Shown: positions 45,633 to 60,176 of the stretch, piece after piece
Position numbering within the stretch: the stretch's first letter is position 1
Layout: each line of letters begins with the position of its first letter
Assembly: GCA_030141605.1 (NCBI GenBank)
Contig: JAQGDQ010000332.1
Location: 199,143-263,142, forward strand
DNA from: Tubiluchus corallicola
Taxonomy: Eukaryota; Animalia; Priapulida
Direction of reading: 5' to 3'
Length of the DNA: 64,000 nt
Notes under the pieces: generated by a model
Told to the model about the DNA's origin: nothing
The model's database searches: none
Seen by the model: only the letters and a program-made list of their open reading frames with translations
Translations under genes and position numbers: made by a program

Positions 45633-45969
45633 CTAGCTGGGTCCACCCGCATTGCAGGCGTTGTTTTGAACCCCATTTTGGCAGCCATATTAGATGTCGT
45701 TATTCGAATAGAGTGGGGACTTCGATATTCAAACTGAAAGCATCCTAATACCACTAAAATACATACTGTCCAATTTATCCAAATAATAGTGCCACTACAA
45801 GTTCTACTATTGGTCGCCTTGTAGTGCCATTGATTGACACTAAATTTTCCGGGGTCTTGTCAATTTTTATTGTTCATCACACTTGGGCGTACAAATTGGC
45901 GTGTGGGCGTGCATAAGTAACACACAGCAGGCACACAGACAGATTTTCATTTTTACATAATTATATAGA
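45633..45969 (-). mobile_element. Non-autonomous Helitron, apparently full length (about 337 bp)
   Basis: Minus strand 5' TCTATATAATTATGTAAAA..TCTGTCTGTGTG, a 3' imperfect hairpin CGCCTGCAATGCGGGTG, then CTAG followed by T. Confidence 0.7.
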
Positions 45970-46664
45970 ATCACTTTGTCTTAGACATAACTCTCCACTA
46001 AAGGGATCCGTTTATCTGTGACAGTTTGTCAGAGACGGTACCTTTGGATGCCAAATTGACGAAGAAACTATTTTGTTCTACATATTCCTCATGAAGCGAG
46101 CATGTGCTGCCCATTTGCAGACATTTAAATGGGCCTATTATTCGACTACGAAAACTAAAATTAATTGCTAATGTTCCAACACTAGTCAAAAATTCACAAC
46201 CATATACACATTAACACTAACAGTTGTTATGCGATGGTAACTATAGATTGAAATTTTGCTTAGGTTATTTTAATTACTTACTTTATCGCTTGCAACATTA
46301 TTTTAGCTCGCTTCATAGACGAATTTTTGGTTACTTAGTGCTTTTATTAATTAGTATTAATCATTAATTAAACTTTGTGAACTGGAACGTTCTCACTGAC
46401 AGAATTCTTAATGATTCAGGTTCTCGTTGATAGAATTACTTGGTTAAGCAAACCTAGTGCTTTGTAGATCACATATCATTATAGTAGTATATTTTTCTTA
46501 AGTTTAACTTCTGTTTTTCTTTCTCTTTGCATATTGCACCTCCAGATAGCTGTACAGCTTCAGCTTGTGTATGTGTCGGACCTTTCTCATCCACGATTGT
46601 TTCATCTGGTTGTAAAATGTAGAAATATTAATTCCATCTTTAAAAAGTTGTCGTTGTATTACAG

Positions 46665-46849
46665 ACCCTGCAGCTGGAAGATCAGATGACTATGCCAAAT
46701 TAACCCGAAACATTGAATACGCTTACACGTGGGAACTGCGCCCATCTTCGTATTATGAAGGAGGGTTTACATTAAGTACAAAGTATATTCAACCAACTGG
46801 TAGAGAAGTGGCAGCTGGGTTAGAAGCTTTGGTTGATGAAGTATTTTGA
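46665..46849 (+). CDS. Second (alternative) terminal exon 11b of the carboxypeptidase
   Basis: TTACAG acceptor, same phase and same 185-nt length as exon 11a. Encodes (Y)PAAGRSDDYAKLTRNIEYAYTWELRPSSYYEGGFTLSTKYIQPTGREVAAGLEALVDEVF*. ATTAAA at 46961. Confidence 0.85.
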
Positions 46850-47484
46850 AAATTAACGTGACAAGAGGTTATAATAATTATTGGTTATTCAACTAAACAT
46901 GGTAATGGGTAACTTGGAAATACGTGACGGTTTTTGTTTATTCATTATGAAATGTTAGGTATTAAACGTGTGGTTGAAGTAAAAGTCGAGTTATACTTAT
47001 TTTAGGCATTTTGTTTGAGAACCCCTGCATATGTGGAAAAATAGAATTGCGTGAACAAAACATAAAAATCTTTGTGAAAACTCGCTCAAAGAAGTTATCT
47101 TCTCTCTAATCGTCTCTCTCCCCTTCCCGTCTCTTGACCTATGCACCCACACTAATAGACTGGATGTAAAAAACAAAACTACTATGACATTACGAAACCG
47201 CAATTAATTAAATTTTAATGCCAAACGTGAAAGATCGAAAATGTGAAAAAATGTCTTTCAAGTTTGACACCAAAATTTAATTAATTGTCAGTTTGTAACA
47301 TTCTTAATAATAACCTTCACATTAAAATAATAATAAGTAACAAAACCTACTATGCACCCAATTTACCATAAAGAGTAAATTGTTTTATTCATTCTTTTCG
47401 TGATTCAGCTCCGCACACACTTCTGCTGACTAGGGCTGATTAGGGTTAGAAAGCACATCGATATCTAGATTTTTAATAATTATT

Positions 47485-48137
47485 ATTGTACCATTAGCGG
47501 CGATCCATATATCAAACAAAAGGTCTCGATCTAGTGTCGTGCCATTGGGGGTTTATTTTTCGAATCGGGCCCACGGGACGAACGGGGGGCGAAAAACCTC
47601 CAAAAATGGCCTGAGATCTGGAGAACGGGAATGGGCCATGGGTGGTGCTGGCTATAGATAGATAGCCCGTTCGGCGGTGGGTGTCATAGGCATATTTAGA
47701 ATTTGCGAGAGGGCGTCCCGTAACGGGTGTTTTCCCGGACCCAACTCCGGATTTTTTCGAAATTTTGACCAAACAGCCTGCACAAAAACGTTTTAGCGGC
47801 GCCTGGTGGGACTCTCGGAAGGAGATATATAGCTCTTTAGAAAGAGGAAGAACAGGGCTACACGGTGATGTGGGCTATATTTTATGGCACGTCCACCAAA
47901 AGGAGTGACGACGAGTTAATTAGATGTTCTATTTTTGGCAATTTTCGCTTGGAAAACTGCTAACGCAAAGCCATTGTTTTGACGTCATCCATTATACTCT
48001 GTCTTTAATCTTATAACTTTAATTCAGTAAAAGCTGCTACTGGCTTTGCGTTACAAATGAGGACTACGTAGGATGTTCGCGTATTATTGATTATACGTGT
48101 ATTTATACGCAAAATCTTTTGCGGGGCCTTTGCTAGT
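47485..48137 (+). mobile_element. GC-rich Helitron-like element (3' end clear)
   Basis: Hairpin CGCAAAA-TC-TTTTGCG at 48108-48123, then CTAG at 48133-48136 followed by T. It is abruptly more GC-rich than its flanks and sits in an AAT-rich tract. Confidence 0.6.
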
Positions 48138-48799
48138 GATGATAATAATAATAATAATAATTATAATAATAACAATAATAAGCTTGCTTTGGCAAAATTT
48201 ATATTATTTAGAAAAATCAATTGACGTTTTGGGATATAGCCAGAACAGTATTTGCGCGACGGCTTGACGTTCCACTGATAAAATGTCGTCATTATAGCGT
48301 CTTTCCCTTCTGCCAAGCTGCTATGGTCATTTGAAGCCATCCGAAGTCAATCTCCAACTCCACCTTTACAATAATATTACAATAAGCACTTCCGTTATGA
48401 GGCGAACGGACGATGCAGAATCTAATGCAGATGCTGTAACATAACGAAATTTTGGTCTAAGGACTTCAAAAACAAAATATGTAAATCGTTTTTAAACTCT
48501 ACGGAGATCGTTACATAAGTAATTGTTTATAGGCAATGTTCAAGCACCAAATAGAAATTAACGCAAAACAGCACTGGATTACTATAAAGAAATCAACACT
48601 TTTGTAGGTTTATTGAAATTAAAGCTGCGTTCAAATCACAAAATTCAAAAGATGTAAATGACAGTGAATGACAATGACAATAATAGCAAAGTAACGCTCT
48701 TAATACACTGACAAAAACGGTTTTCTAATCAGCATTATAAATTATGAGCAATATACAGGGTGTACCCAAAGTAAAACCCCACTCCCAAGGTAATGATGG

Positions 48800-49740
48800 G
48801 AATAATAAGAAGGCAAGTTAGGGGGGGCGCCTTAGACTGTAGTTCACCAGTAGGCCATACTTCACTTCAAGAAGTTAATGATCAGCGTGTGGTAAACAGT
48901 AAATGTTCATCCACGGATTAGAAAATGTAGTAATGATACGTCTTACCGACAACTTCGGTTCTGTACAGAAAAAGTCTGACTCTGCATACATCAACACTAT
49001 GGCAAATGACAGTCTGTTTCATACCAAAATACGGATTTGCGCCTCAGATTCACGTGTATAATTGAGTTTGACAGTGGGTCTAGTCTACCAACATCACCAG
49101 CTACAGCTACACCAAGCTAACCATTGTCGGCTCCAAAAACACTTATGTTGTTACCAACATCTATTCACTGCCTTTTATTAACACGGCTGCTTTTAACATC
49201 CAAACGTAAGCATCTCTCTACCTGAACTAACTTTTCAAGGTCACCTGTTCTGGCTTCTACTCATTATACATGCGCTGTCAAGGTGTATGGCATAACTAAA
49301 ATTACATCTCCATGCAAAACAAGTGAAGTTTATTCGAGAATACACATATCTTGGTGTCAATGTATTGAACATTCATCCATGATGATCTTTTGGTAATTGA
49401 ATCACTAACAGGGAGTTAGTTGGTACAAAGGCGTTGAGCTACCTCCAACAACTAAATTGAACATGAATCTGCTTTCAGTTAGCTTAAATAAAAATTCAGG
49501 ATAAGAAAGTAACAGCCATCTAGTGATACAAAAATGATACAAAAAATAATCAATGTAAATAAGCAAATGACAGCAGACACATCACATCCAAAATCTTACA
49601 GATGCATCCGAATATTATTAAGATATCGCTTCAGTTTCTCACCTTAGATGACTATCCTTGATAATGAGATGTCGCTACAATCACATGCATACTGGAGCCC
49701 TGCTTACGTAGTACCAATTGAAGAAAGAGGTTATATTCCT
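48800..49740 (+). mobile_element. Possible highly decayed Gypsy-like pol remnant
   Basis: IEFDSGSS (aspartyl-protease-like) at about 49061 and YWSPAYVVP (RT entry motif-like) at about 49690; frames are broken. Confidence 0.35.
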
Positions 49741-50304
49741 TTAGTTTCTGGACAGAAATTACGACTAAAATAAGAATTTATATTTATAGTTTTTATACTT
49801 ATATTACAGTTTATCGAAATTTGTTTCTTTTTCCTTATTGCGGGAGTTTTCATTACGTAAACTACCGGCTCAACTCACTCACTAACCCACCAAAGTTGAA
49901 CACAACAACTTTTCCCAAAACAAGTTTTATATTATTTAAACACAAACTGAACTTTGAAAAATCAATAACGGCCTTGCAATCACGTGTCTTAAATATACTG
50001 CGTACAATAGATGTACAGAGATGTGTTCTATATAAAGAAAGTTCTTATGCAAAAATATCAAATATATATTCTGCTGACTACCTAGAACACTAAGCCAAAT
50101 TGTTTATCACAGCTGAAGACTACACAATATTGAGATGAATTCGTTTTTAATACTTTTTGCTGCATGTGCTTTTACTGCAGCTGGAAAGCAGATTCGTTAC
50201 GACGGGTAAGTGCTTTTATCACTTATTTTCGGGATGTTTTCGGGATATGAGTTACTATTCACACCGTGTAAGGAGCACACCGTGTAAGGATTATAATATA
50301 CACG

Positions 50305-50945
50305 TTATGGATTATGGCTTGTTCTTTACGCCTTTCTTTGTGTGACACGGGCCTTAATTACCTGCCGTTTTATATCATTTCGTATTGATAGGCATTTCCG
50401 TATTGGCTACTATTCGTTATTGGTCGTAACGGCAAAAAGTTCAGATATGCTGTTGACGTACATTTATTTAAAATTACTGGCGTTTTGTGTCATACCTACG
50501 AAAGTACTTAAGGCTGTGTGATAAGTTATATACATGTTATCACTTATCAGTTCGTGTAGAAGTGTTTTTCTGATGGCGCCAATAAAAGAATGTCATTTCA
50601 GGCCTTTAGGTCGTTGGAAAAAATCTGCTATTTTTGTTCTACTCTGTATTCTCAGCCTATTGATAAACTGTAATTACAATAACACATCTACGCAGATTGA
50701 TAAGTGATAACACGTACATAACTTATTATACAACCTGAAGTACTTTCGTAGGTACGACACAAAACTCCAATAATTTTAAATAAATGTACCTCAAACAGTA
50801 CATCTGATCTTTTTGCCGTTACGGCCATTTACGCATCGTAGCCAATACGAAAATGCGTACCAATACGAAATGGGAAATAAGATGGTAAGTAATTAAGGCC
50901 CATGTCACACAGGAAAAGGCGTAGAGAACAAGCCATAATCCATAA
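50305..50945. repeat. Long imperfect inverted repeat (arms about 260 bp, loop about 114 bp)
   Basis: 50305-50566 is the imperfect reverse complement of 50681-50945, for example TGTGACACGGGCCTTAATTAC vs GTAATTAAGGCCCATGTCACA and TACCTACGAAAGTACTT vs AAGTACTTTCGTAGGTA. Confidence 0.9.
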
Positions 50946-51975
50946 TCCGTAAGCCGTGCGGTGTCTTCCGTAAGGCATATTATAATCTGCGGTATGCTAG
51001 TTACACTTGTAAATAGTAACGCGTTTTGCCATATTACCTTTCTGCAATGCACGTACCTAATTACGGTAATTGTGAATGTTGCGTTTACAAATTGCTATTA
51101 ATTTTAATGTTTATGAGACAGTATGAGACCATCATGAGAGAAAGTCGCCTCATGAAAAATGAAGGTACGCTAGCCAATGGTCCTAGTTACACAAATAATT
51201 TACTTGCCTTCGTCAGCCATAATCTGCAGCAGGCTCCTCACAACCCGTATAACGGTTAATAAGGAACCTTATTGCAAAATGAATTTGGCCATGAATTTCA
51301 TTTGCCATAAGGCGTTTTTGCTCGTCCTTAACGGGATAATTAGCGTATTTGTGATTTTTATTGTGTACAATTCATTTATTTCATAATAATTCACAACGCT
51401 ATACCCTAATTATCACAATGTACTATAAACAGTGAAAAGCATTTTTAACTCACAACATTTATTTACGATTGCCTTGTTACTACAATCCACATAAGAAACA
51501 TGTGTATACCATATGTATACGTATTACATATGCAGGAGGCAGCATACCAGTCAATCATATTATACAATATATGCGAATGATAATCTGTTATTAAAATGAA
51601 ATTATTTGACGGACATTCTAGTGTAGTGTAGTTGAAAAATTTTTGGTTATCACTCCTGATTTTATGAAATAATGCTACGATTTCTCCTTCGCCTATACAT
51701 TGCTGTAAATGGGTCTGACCATATTGTTCGTTTGGGCCTTTATTCCTAACACGCTGCATTGTGAACCTTGCTGCAACTGGATCCAGAGGTTGACGCAGTT
51801 TCGACACCATTAAAACTGATTCGTGCCTCGCACCAAAAAATGGATTATGACAAAATGCCTTGCTAGTTACACAGAGCAAGGCGCATACCTCGGATTATGA
51901 CATGCGCCTTATGGAAGATAGAGTACGCCTTATAGCTTACAGATGATGGATTATGGATTGCTCCTGGTGACGTTT
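50897..51975 (-). mobile_element. Internally deleted PIF/Harbinger-like transposon
   Basis: TAA|GGCCCATGTCACAC terminus. Minus-strand remnant GEIVALFHKIRSDNQKFFNY resembles the Harbinger transposase N-terminal GEF..L..ELR.D..KF.NY motif. Subterminal ATGGATTATGG recurs inverted near 51945-51960. Confidence 0.55.
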
Positions 51976-52536
51976 AAGCTTTATTTATGAACAGTTCTTG
52001 CTTGTGCTTTAAGTCTCATAACTCCCATTTTCATTTAATCTTAGTGCCACTAATAAGTAAAATTTGTTTACGTAAGCTTATATTACTGTAATAATTGTTG
52101 TCAAACATCTACTACTCTTAATCCTCTTAATCCCTTCCAAGAATAAAGTGAAAATTATAATTAACGGGATTTTTATCGACCTATTATATCAACTTTCACA
52201 ATCAGTATTTATTTCTAAAGGTAAAAACAAATAGGCGTTTTTGAATAACTTAGTAAACGAAGAAGCAGCAAGAGACGTGAGTATATGGGCTTTTTGCTTT
52301 AGTAAAATTTCTTGCCTAAACAACGTATAGATGCCATCTTGTATTAACATATATATTAAAATGTTGATATACCCCAAATCTTGAATAACTGAATCATGTT
52401 GAAAGCTCAGACACATAATTAAATTAGTCACTCCTAAAATAATTGTTTGCTCTTGTAATGCTTGAAACGTACGTTTACATAAATCTAGAAGTAAACGTTG
52501 GCGGCTCTTTTCATATGCCTTAACTCGACACCAAGC

Positions 52537-55500
52537 ATATGCATATTTTCATTTGGAAACTGCTGACCAGGCAAAAAATTTGACATTCATCGCTGAAAGC
52601 AAATGTCACAATGAAAATAAAAGAACCCTTTAAAAGCGAGAGCAAAATGTTATAGGGCTACAGTGTATGCTTCACATATTATACGCACTGATATCGAAAA
52701 TTTTCACTTCGTACTATATATTGATAACTATAGTGAAAGTCGCTGTAACTAAAGATGAATCTATATATATTGTTTTTCTTGGTGTCCGTCGTAACTGCAA
52801 CAGCGAAGCAGAGGCATTATGATGGGTAACTATGATTTAATGACTAATTTTTGGAAATTAATGAGCGAAATTAATGTAAATGTTTTTAATATCATTAAAT
52901 GAAAATTTCTGAGTAATTTGCCTAAAGTAGCCTGAGGGTTAGGTATTTTTTAGCATAAAGTGACTTTCACCTTTTCGCCAAGTCTGTCATTTTTTGACTT
53001 TCGTAAAGATGCTGTCTAAATGGAACACTGGAATATTCCTGTGGAATATTGCAATGTTTGAATATAATTTTTGGCGGCTTGACTGAATTCGGGCGTTATT
53101 TGCGAATGTTGGTAAAAATGGCACAGGTAAAAGTAGCACGCTAAAAGTGGCACAGGTAAAATAGCACAGGAAAAATGCACAACTGGGGAAATAGGAAAAA
53201 TGTCACGTACGTTGTTTCGATACAAATAATTTTATAATAAAACTAAAAAACTAGAAAACTATGATCCAGTAGGAATCGGATCTCTGCCAAAGTCGAAAAG
53301 TCCTAAATAATGCACGTTTGTCTCAAATAGATAGATATTTTCTGACAGAAAAACATAACAAAGACAAATAAGCAAAAATACAAAAATAAACTTGTATAGG
53401 TAATACACTATAAACTTGTATAGCGAACGACCTACAAAGTATTTTGTTCAATAAGTAGGATGATAACTAATAATCCATGAACTTTCCACATAGTGATTGT
53501 CTACATTCCCATTAGCAATAAGCTGACAGTATATGTATTTACATACCAAGTCAACTTATGAGGCTATGTGTAAATAAATGTTATAAACAGCGTTACACAG
53601 ATTTCCAAGCCAGCGTTTCTCGAAATGTAACCTGGAATTAACTCGTAGTTGTTCGTCCTGAAGGAAATACCACAAAAGAGATTATCCTATCAAGTAAAAA
53701 ATTCTTCTTCTTTCCACGAAGACTACGAAGCGTTTCGCGAATTTTTTGTACCGGTGTTCGGCTTAGTTTTGTGCAAAAAACGAGCGAAAAAATGCTCGGA
53801 AAAGTTTTTCACGTCCTTTCTCGCGTTCACGAATCTGTGCTAAAATGCATCTTTCTTGTATCTACTCACCTTCTCCAAGAAATCCCGTGGAAATATGTTA
53901 AGTAGCTCTTGCATTGAAGGTCTACTACTAAAAACGTGAAAACACTGAGGTCACCGGGACAGCTGCTCTCGATATTAGCAAATGATACACAGTTTGCAAG
54001 AAACCCAGTCCTCGAAATCGACTTTCACTACTCGTATGAAATGCAACAACTAGTACACCATATACAGATAGAAGCCCTACACTATGCAGCAGCCTTAAAT
54101 AACAGTAACTCTAGCTTGCCAGCATTGAGGTCCCCAATTTATTATAACGCCTCCAAAACAAATTTGACAACTGCACCTCCGATCTTGTGAACTTTTTGAG
54201 GACTTCTTCTCCAGGGGCAAGATTTAGACATATAAGTAAACCACTGCCACTGACTTGTCCTTTTTCACACATGATTTCAAAGCAGACAGCAGTTTGTCAA
54301 GAGACCGTTCTACCCACCACCTCGACTTCCCAACGACTTAGCCTTTTAGAGAGAGATACAGACAGACAGACACACAGGCAAACAGACAAGTAGGGTTGTT
54401 TATTTTTATGGAAAGTACATATTACATAAAATATGTTGCAGATTTAGGGTCTTCCGAGCACTGTAAATGACTATCGTTACTTTGTAGTGCTGAATGTTTG
54501 TTTCTATGTATGAGCAGAACTGATAGATGGCTGACAGGAAACACAGACAGACAGAGACACTGATAGAGATAAACAGACGGACAGAAAGGTCGCAGACAGA
54601 CAGAGCTATTTATTTTCGCATGAAGCACGCTTAATGACTATCATGATATTGTAGTATTGGATGCTAGTTTCTGCGACTTTAATTTGAAGACAAATAGTGC
54701 TACCAAACCAACTTTCACCTAGTGTAAGCCTAGAATCTCTATTTACTCTATATTTGCAGGTATAAAGTAGTCAGCGTTTCCGGATCTAAAGAAAATGTCA
54801 TTGCGCTATATACCCAAGTAAACGAAGAAACCGACAGAGAAGTGAGTGTGAAGTTTGTTAGTGCGCCTAAGTGTGCACAGTTATTGGTAAATAGCCATAA
54901 ATATGCCTGCGTTGTTAACTTATATCAGTATAGGTAACAACATATCAAGTTTAAGTTCTGCGAAACAAAATTCATCGGCAAATACCGTGTATAAACAAAG
55001 CAAATGTTATAGCAGTACTGCGCCAAGGTGAGATTATTGTTTGGCAAAAAGATATTCCGGATTTCCCGCCTGTTATAGCCTGCTTTGGTTATCGGTGCTT
55101 GGTTCTGAAGAATTTCCAAGTCAAATAAAGTCATATTGAGACATTATATAACTCACTAAGTATAATAAGAACATTGGTTAAACAACACACGTCACAGATC
55201 ACATGAATACTGGCACCGTGATTTACCACAGCCAAATTAGCCCTGTATTGTCTGTACTGCAATTAAACTTTGCCGGGCAACCAAATTACAGCACTTCACA
55301 AATAATCGACAAATAATCTACTTATTATGCAGAGAAGCTAGTATTTCTTTATTTTAATTCAGCACACATAGTACTATAATACATATGTTTACAATACACA
55401 TAAAAATTGTTGATAAAACAGATTGAAAGTTACTAACTAAAAATCTAAAATACATATTAAAATATCTTGTCTAAAAATTTACAACTTAAAATCATCACAT

Positions 55501-58500
55501 GGTATGTTTTGCCCATTTTTAAAAAAACAGACGCGAATAAAACATCAGAACTTATACAGCCACAAAGGCATTTTCCCTCAGCGTTATGTTTAACATAAGC
55601 TAAGTGGGGATGCGATTATTCAAAATCATTAGTTGCAATGTAACATTTAGTTATGAGGTTATGAGGTAACACAATTAAAAAGCAATGCTAGTATTTAAAA
55701 GCAACAATGTTCAGTTTCTACAATTTGGCACAGCCTGGTAAGTCACTGGGGTTTGTCAAAATACCACAAACACGAGGGTTATTTGACACAGAAAAGCATA
55801 TTAATTTTCATCAGTGTCACAATAATGGCCTTCACAATATCTGAAAAATGTCGTTCACTCCTGGAGCTTTAGTAAAGTTAGGACAAGTGCTCTCTTGTGT
55901 CTATACTCTATAATCAAATCGGTTACGTGAAGAACATACAAATTATCATCTAGACTGAAAGCCATTGAAGAGCTTTGACAGAAGTTTGAAGAAGCCAGAT
56001 AGAGGTCGACACGGTTGCTCGAAAACTGTTTAGAGACCGCCGTCAACAGGTTAAAGTAAAAAATGTTTTTTCAGACTGGTAAGAATCAACAGAGGCATTC
56101 CATAAGGAACAGTCCTCAGCCTGTTGCTATTCTGGATAGAACTGGTACCCTGGATGGAGCCCGTCGGCATATATGGACGTGAAAGGGCCTTAAAAAGAAT
56201 TAATAAATGAATTAAAAATGAACAAATGAATGAAAAATGGAGCTTGCAAAACCTAACAGATATTAACAACTGTTAAGCCACATTCATCAGATCATAAAAG
56301 ATGCAGGGCCAGTTCCAAATGTATTTTTACTACCCTGCAGTTAATACATGTTTTATCTTGTTATTATTATTTTGTTATTGTTACCATCACTTATTTGTTT
56401 TATATACTACTTTATGTATTAAAATAAAAAATTTAAAAAATTAAATACAAAACCATTTTGAAAATTGAACCAGGGAGGAAGTAGCAAAGAGATAAGACAC
56501 AAAAATTCGCTGTTATTTGCAGCACTTTAGTAAACGCATGTATAAAGGAATAAATAATAAAAATAAATAAATAATTAAATGAGCATTGTTAACGTAATAC
56601 ACGGAATGACAATTTGTTAAAATGCGGTTCTTGTTTTTTAACTTTAGGTTATAATGCTGACACTGGCAGAGTTTCTTGTGTCACCGGGCGAACTTGAATG
56701 GTTTATAAAGCAAGCAGAATCTTTTCACTTGAACTATGAGATTGTAGACAACAACGTGCAGAGGTAATACTGTAATAAAGAACCACCAGGACAAGGTAGA
56801 CAGATTACAGTAATACGGTCTCTGCTGTTCTGCAATTTCCAGGCCTTGTCTATGCTGTTAGTGTTTTGCACAGAAATGATTTGTAACTGTTTTGTTTTCT
56901 ATAATTATTTCAATATTAATTATTTTGGCAGTAATTAATTAAAACCCATTCTGTTGGTTTCATTCTCCAAAAAGGATGTACTTTAACAGTTACTGTGCCT
57001 GTCTCTGTTACGTAACACAACACATTAAGATACTGAATAATTAATTAGCAACAAAATTTTATAAAGTTCATTTGCCGCAGAATAGATGTCATCATCTTTT
57101 CTTAACATTAATTTTCTGGGAACCTTTTTTACTTTATAATATTATAGTTTGTACAAAAACTTGGTTGCCATTTTGTCTTTTTCGCTTGTGCCTCTTTGCC
57201 GCTAATTTTTCAAGCTTGCAACAGGTTTTTTCGGATTCAGCATCGTCAAATTGATAAGACTGTCTCACAGTTTTTGCTAGAACTTTATAGAAGTACCTTT
57301 TCAGGATTTTCTTCTAGTCTGCGGTGTCAAAATATCTATATGCGTAAGCCTTTATCCAGCCTATTGACCTATTTACAGGTAAAAAACGACTCTTGCGCAT
57401 AATCACTTTTTCGAATTACATGTACATCAATTATATTAAGTCTGGCATAACTGGCAAAAAGTAAAATTAAGGTGCAACTCTGATGCAGATCTCGCTCGAG
57501 CATTTTATGTTGTTGTTTGTTTGCAGGTCAATCGGTGGAGAAGAGAGGTACATGAAAAGCACGCGTGAATACTCACCCAAAAAGTACAACAGCTATAATG
57601 AGGTAGTTATTTTGTCCTATAGATAATCCACATGTTACAATAAAATAAGCATTTTCTTTCTTGCTAATAATTTTCTATCATTGGTAGTAATGATCAGCGA
57701 CAGTAATTGGTGCGATTTGATAGAAGTAGAGCATTTTTCAATGATATTAATTTTTGTATTTGTAACCATGTTGCCTTATAGTATTTGAAATAAAAGTGGT
57801 TCAAGTTGAATTGACATGAGTATAGTGGAAGTCGAGCTCATGAATTGAATAAGTTAAGCTAGATGGATACGAATTAAGCTGAGCTGAAATGAAATGACTG
57901 CGTGAGCTAAATGGACAGGGCTCAACTCAAACTGATATTGTTGGAATACGTCTGCCGCCTGAGTTAATGCATAAGCTATAATGAATATAAATGCACTTGT
58001 TTTAAACATTCGAAAGGAGTTTGCAATTCACCAAACCATTTAAATACCCTAACCCTAACTCAAACCCTGATCTTAACCGTAACCCTAACCCAACCCTAAC
58101 TCTAACCTTAATCCGCTTCATGAACTAATTTCTTGTGTGTGGGGAAATGTAAACTTTAGGCAAACACTCATACCTAACAGTACACGTAACACAAATAAGT
58201 ATAACATGATAGATGAATATTTCAAATCTATCCTATATTTTAGATAATTAGTCATATCGAAATGCTTGCTGAAACGCATGATTACGTATCTCTGGTGAGA
58301 CTGGAGCAAACAACCCACGAGGGAAGAGACATGTATGTCGTCGAGGTAGCGTATTATTCATTAAAGCAATTTAGTTTTTAACCGGAGAGTATCGATGTAA
58401 ATTTTTAATCATCCTTTTAGCCTTCCCAATTTAGTGCCATTTCTTTTGTTTGAACTGGTTTCATTTTAGGAATACATTATCAACCAACAACAATAATCAA

Positions 58501-60107
58501 CCAACAACAATAACTACCTGTTTAGACGTGATCAAAAATTCGGATATTTACCATTTCACCCTTATCAAACTCTAATTGTCAGGTTAGTTTAGGTAACTAA
58601 GTTCCTCAACAGTATTTGTTGTTATCGTTTTGTAGATTCAGCAAAGTACTGGGGAAGAAAATGACGTATTCATTGAGTGCGGAGCGCATGCGAGAGAGTG
58701 GATTTCTCCAGCTGTTTGCGCATATCTAATCGATCACGTAAGTTTTCATTTAAAAATTATTGGTGTAACTTCCGATTTAAACGAAATCCTATTTGCTTTC
58801 ACGCAATAATTTTACGACTGCCTTATTATAGACTACACACCTGGATGAGAATTCTGGAAAATATCTGATATTTGATTCAAAAACGCAGTCCTTTCGTGAC
58901 AATAAACATTGCTTTGCATACTAAAGTGAAAGTCATCCTCCTTGCTCCGATTCTTACATAAAGTACATTTTCTCATATCAACAGTGTTTTAGGCTGGTAC
59001 ATCGACCAGTTTCAATTTGTAATCTAAGCACGCTAACACGGAATTTTGTGTAGGTTTCCTTATGTGCTCAAGGAACATCAGTAATCACAAAATTTATATG
59101 TAACTTACGCGTAGAAAAAGGTATATTCAGTTGTTAGAAGAACGCAGAATTACTTTTCATTTGAAATAACATTACAAAATCGCTTAAAGTATGATTGATT
59201 TGAGTTTGCACTTTTTCCCGTTTTCACCGAGAAATACTCCAACGTTTACCCATCCATTTACTAACCAGGCAGGCTCTGCTTAAATATCACCCCAGCACAC
59301 GCCATGACCACTCAGTACTATTCGCATCACAAAAATATATAATAAAATACCAATTCAATTACTAATACACATAATTTGTAATGAGTGTGTGTACTTTTCT
59401 ATGATAATAAGCAGAATGGTAACTCCAGTTTGCTGATTCAATAACCACTTCAACGGAGTAATTTTATAAAATTCTTCTTTACTTATTTTGTTTTTGGAAA
59501 TCTGAAATTTCGTAATAAAGACTGTCATACTTGCTTGCTTTTTAACATTGGTGAAAATATGGTATCCAGTTGACATCTAGCCAGTGGTACTTTGCCAATG
59601 CACTTATTGCGTTCATAGTCACTCTTATAACACATGTCGTTGTTTCATATTTGTTAAGGATCGATCCTTTTAAATATTATTTGGTACCTAAAGTGAAGAA
59701 GTTATTGAAAAGGCTTATTAAGAAGAAGTTTGATACTTATGATATTAAAATGCCATTTACTGCGTATAAGATAACAACAAATCCAATGACGACAGCATAG
59801 AATAAATGTAACAGAACTCAGAAAACAACTAATTCGTGCGTAAAATTAATGTTTAGACTTTTGATTAACCTTTGCTACTCAGGTTTAACAAGCTTCATAA
59901 TAATTGTTTTAACGGTCAGTGTGAGACTTTAAAAACACATGAAATTTTTAAATGATACGTGTGTTCCCAATTTAATGATTCGTTCCTAAAATTATTCAAT
60001 TGAAGATGCAATACGCAAAGCATACAGTAACAATATACAATATAATAGTAATAAGAATGATGATGGTGATGATGATGATGATGATGAGTATGATGATGGT
60101 GATGATC

Positions 60108-60176
<69 letters not shown>

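Noticed and set aside
47512-47772. 86-aa GC-rich ORF or horizontally acquired gene
   Set aside because: No protein motifs; lies within a Helitron-like repeat.
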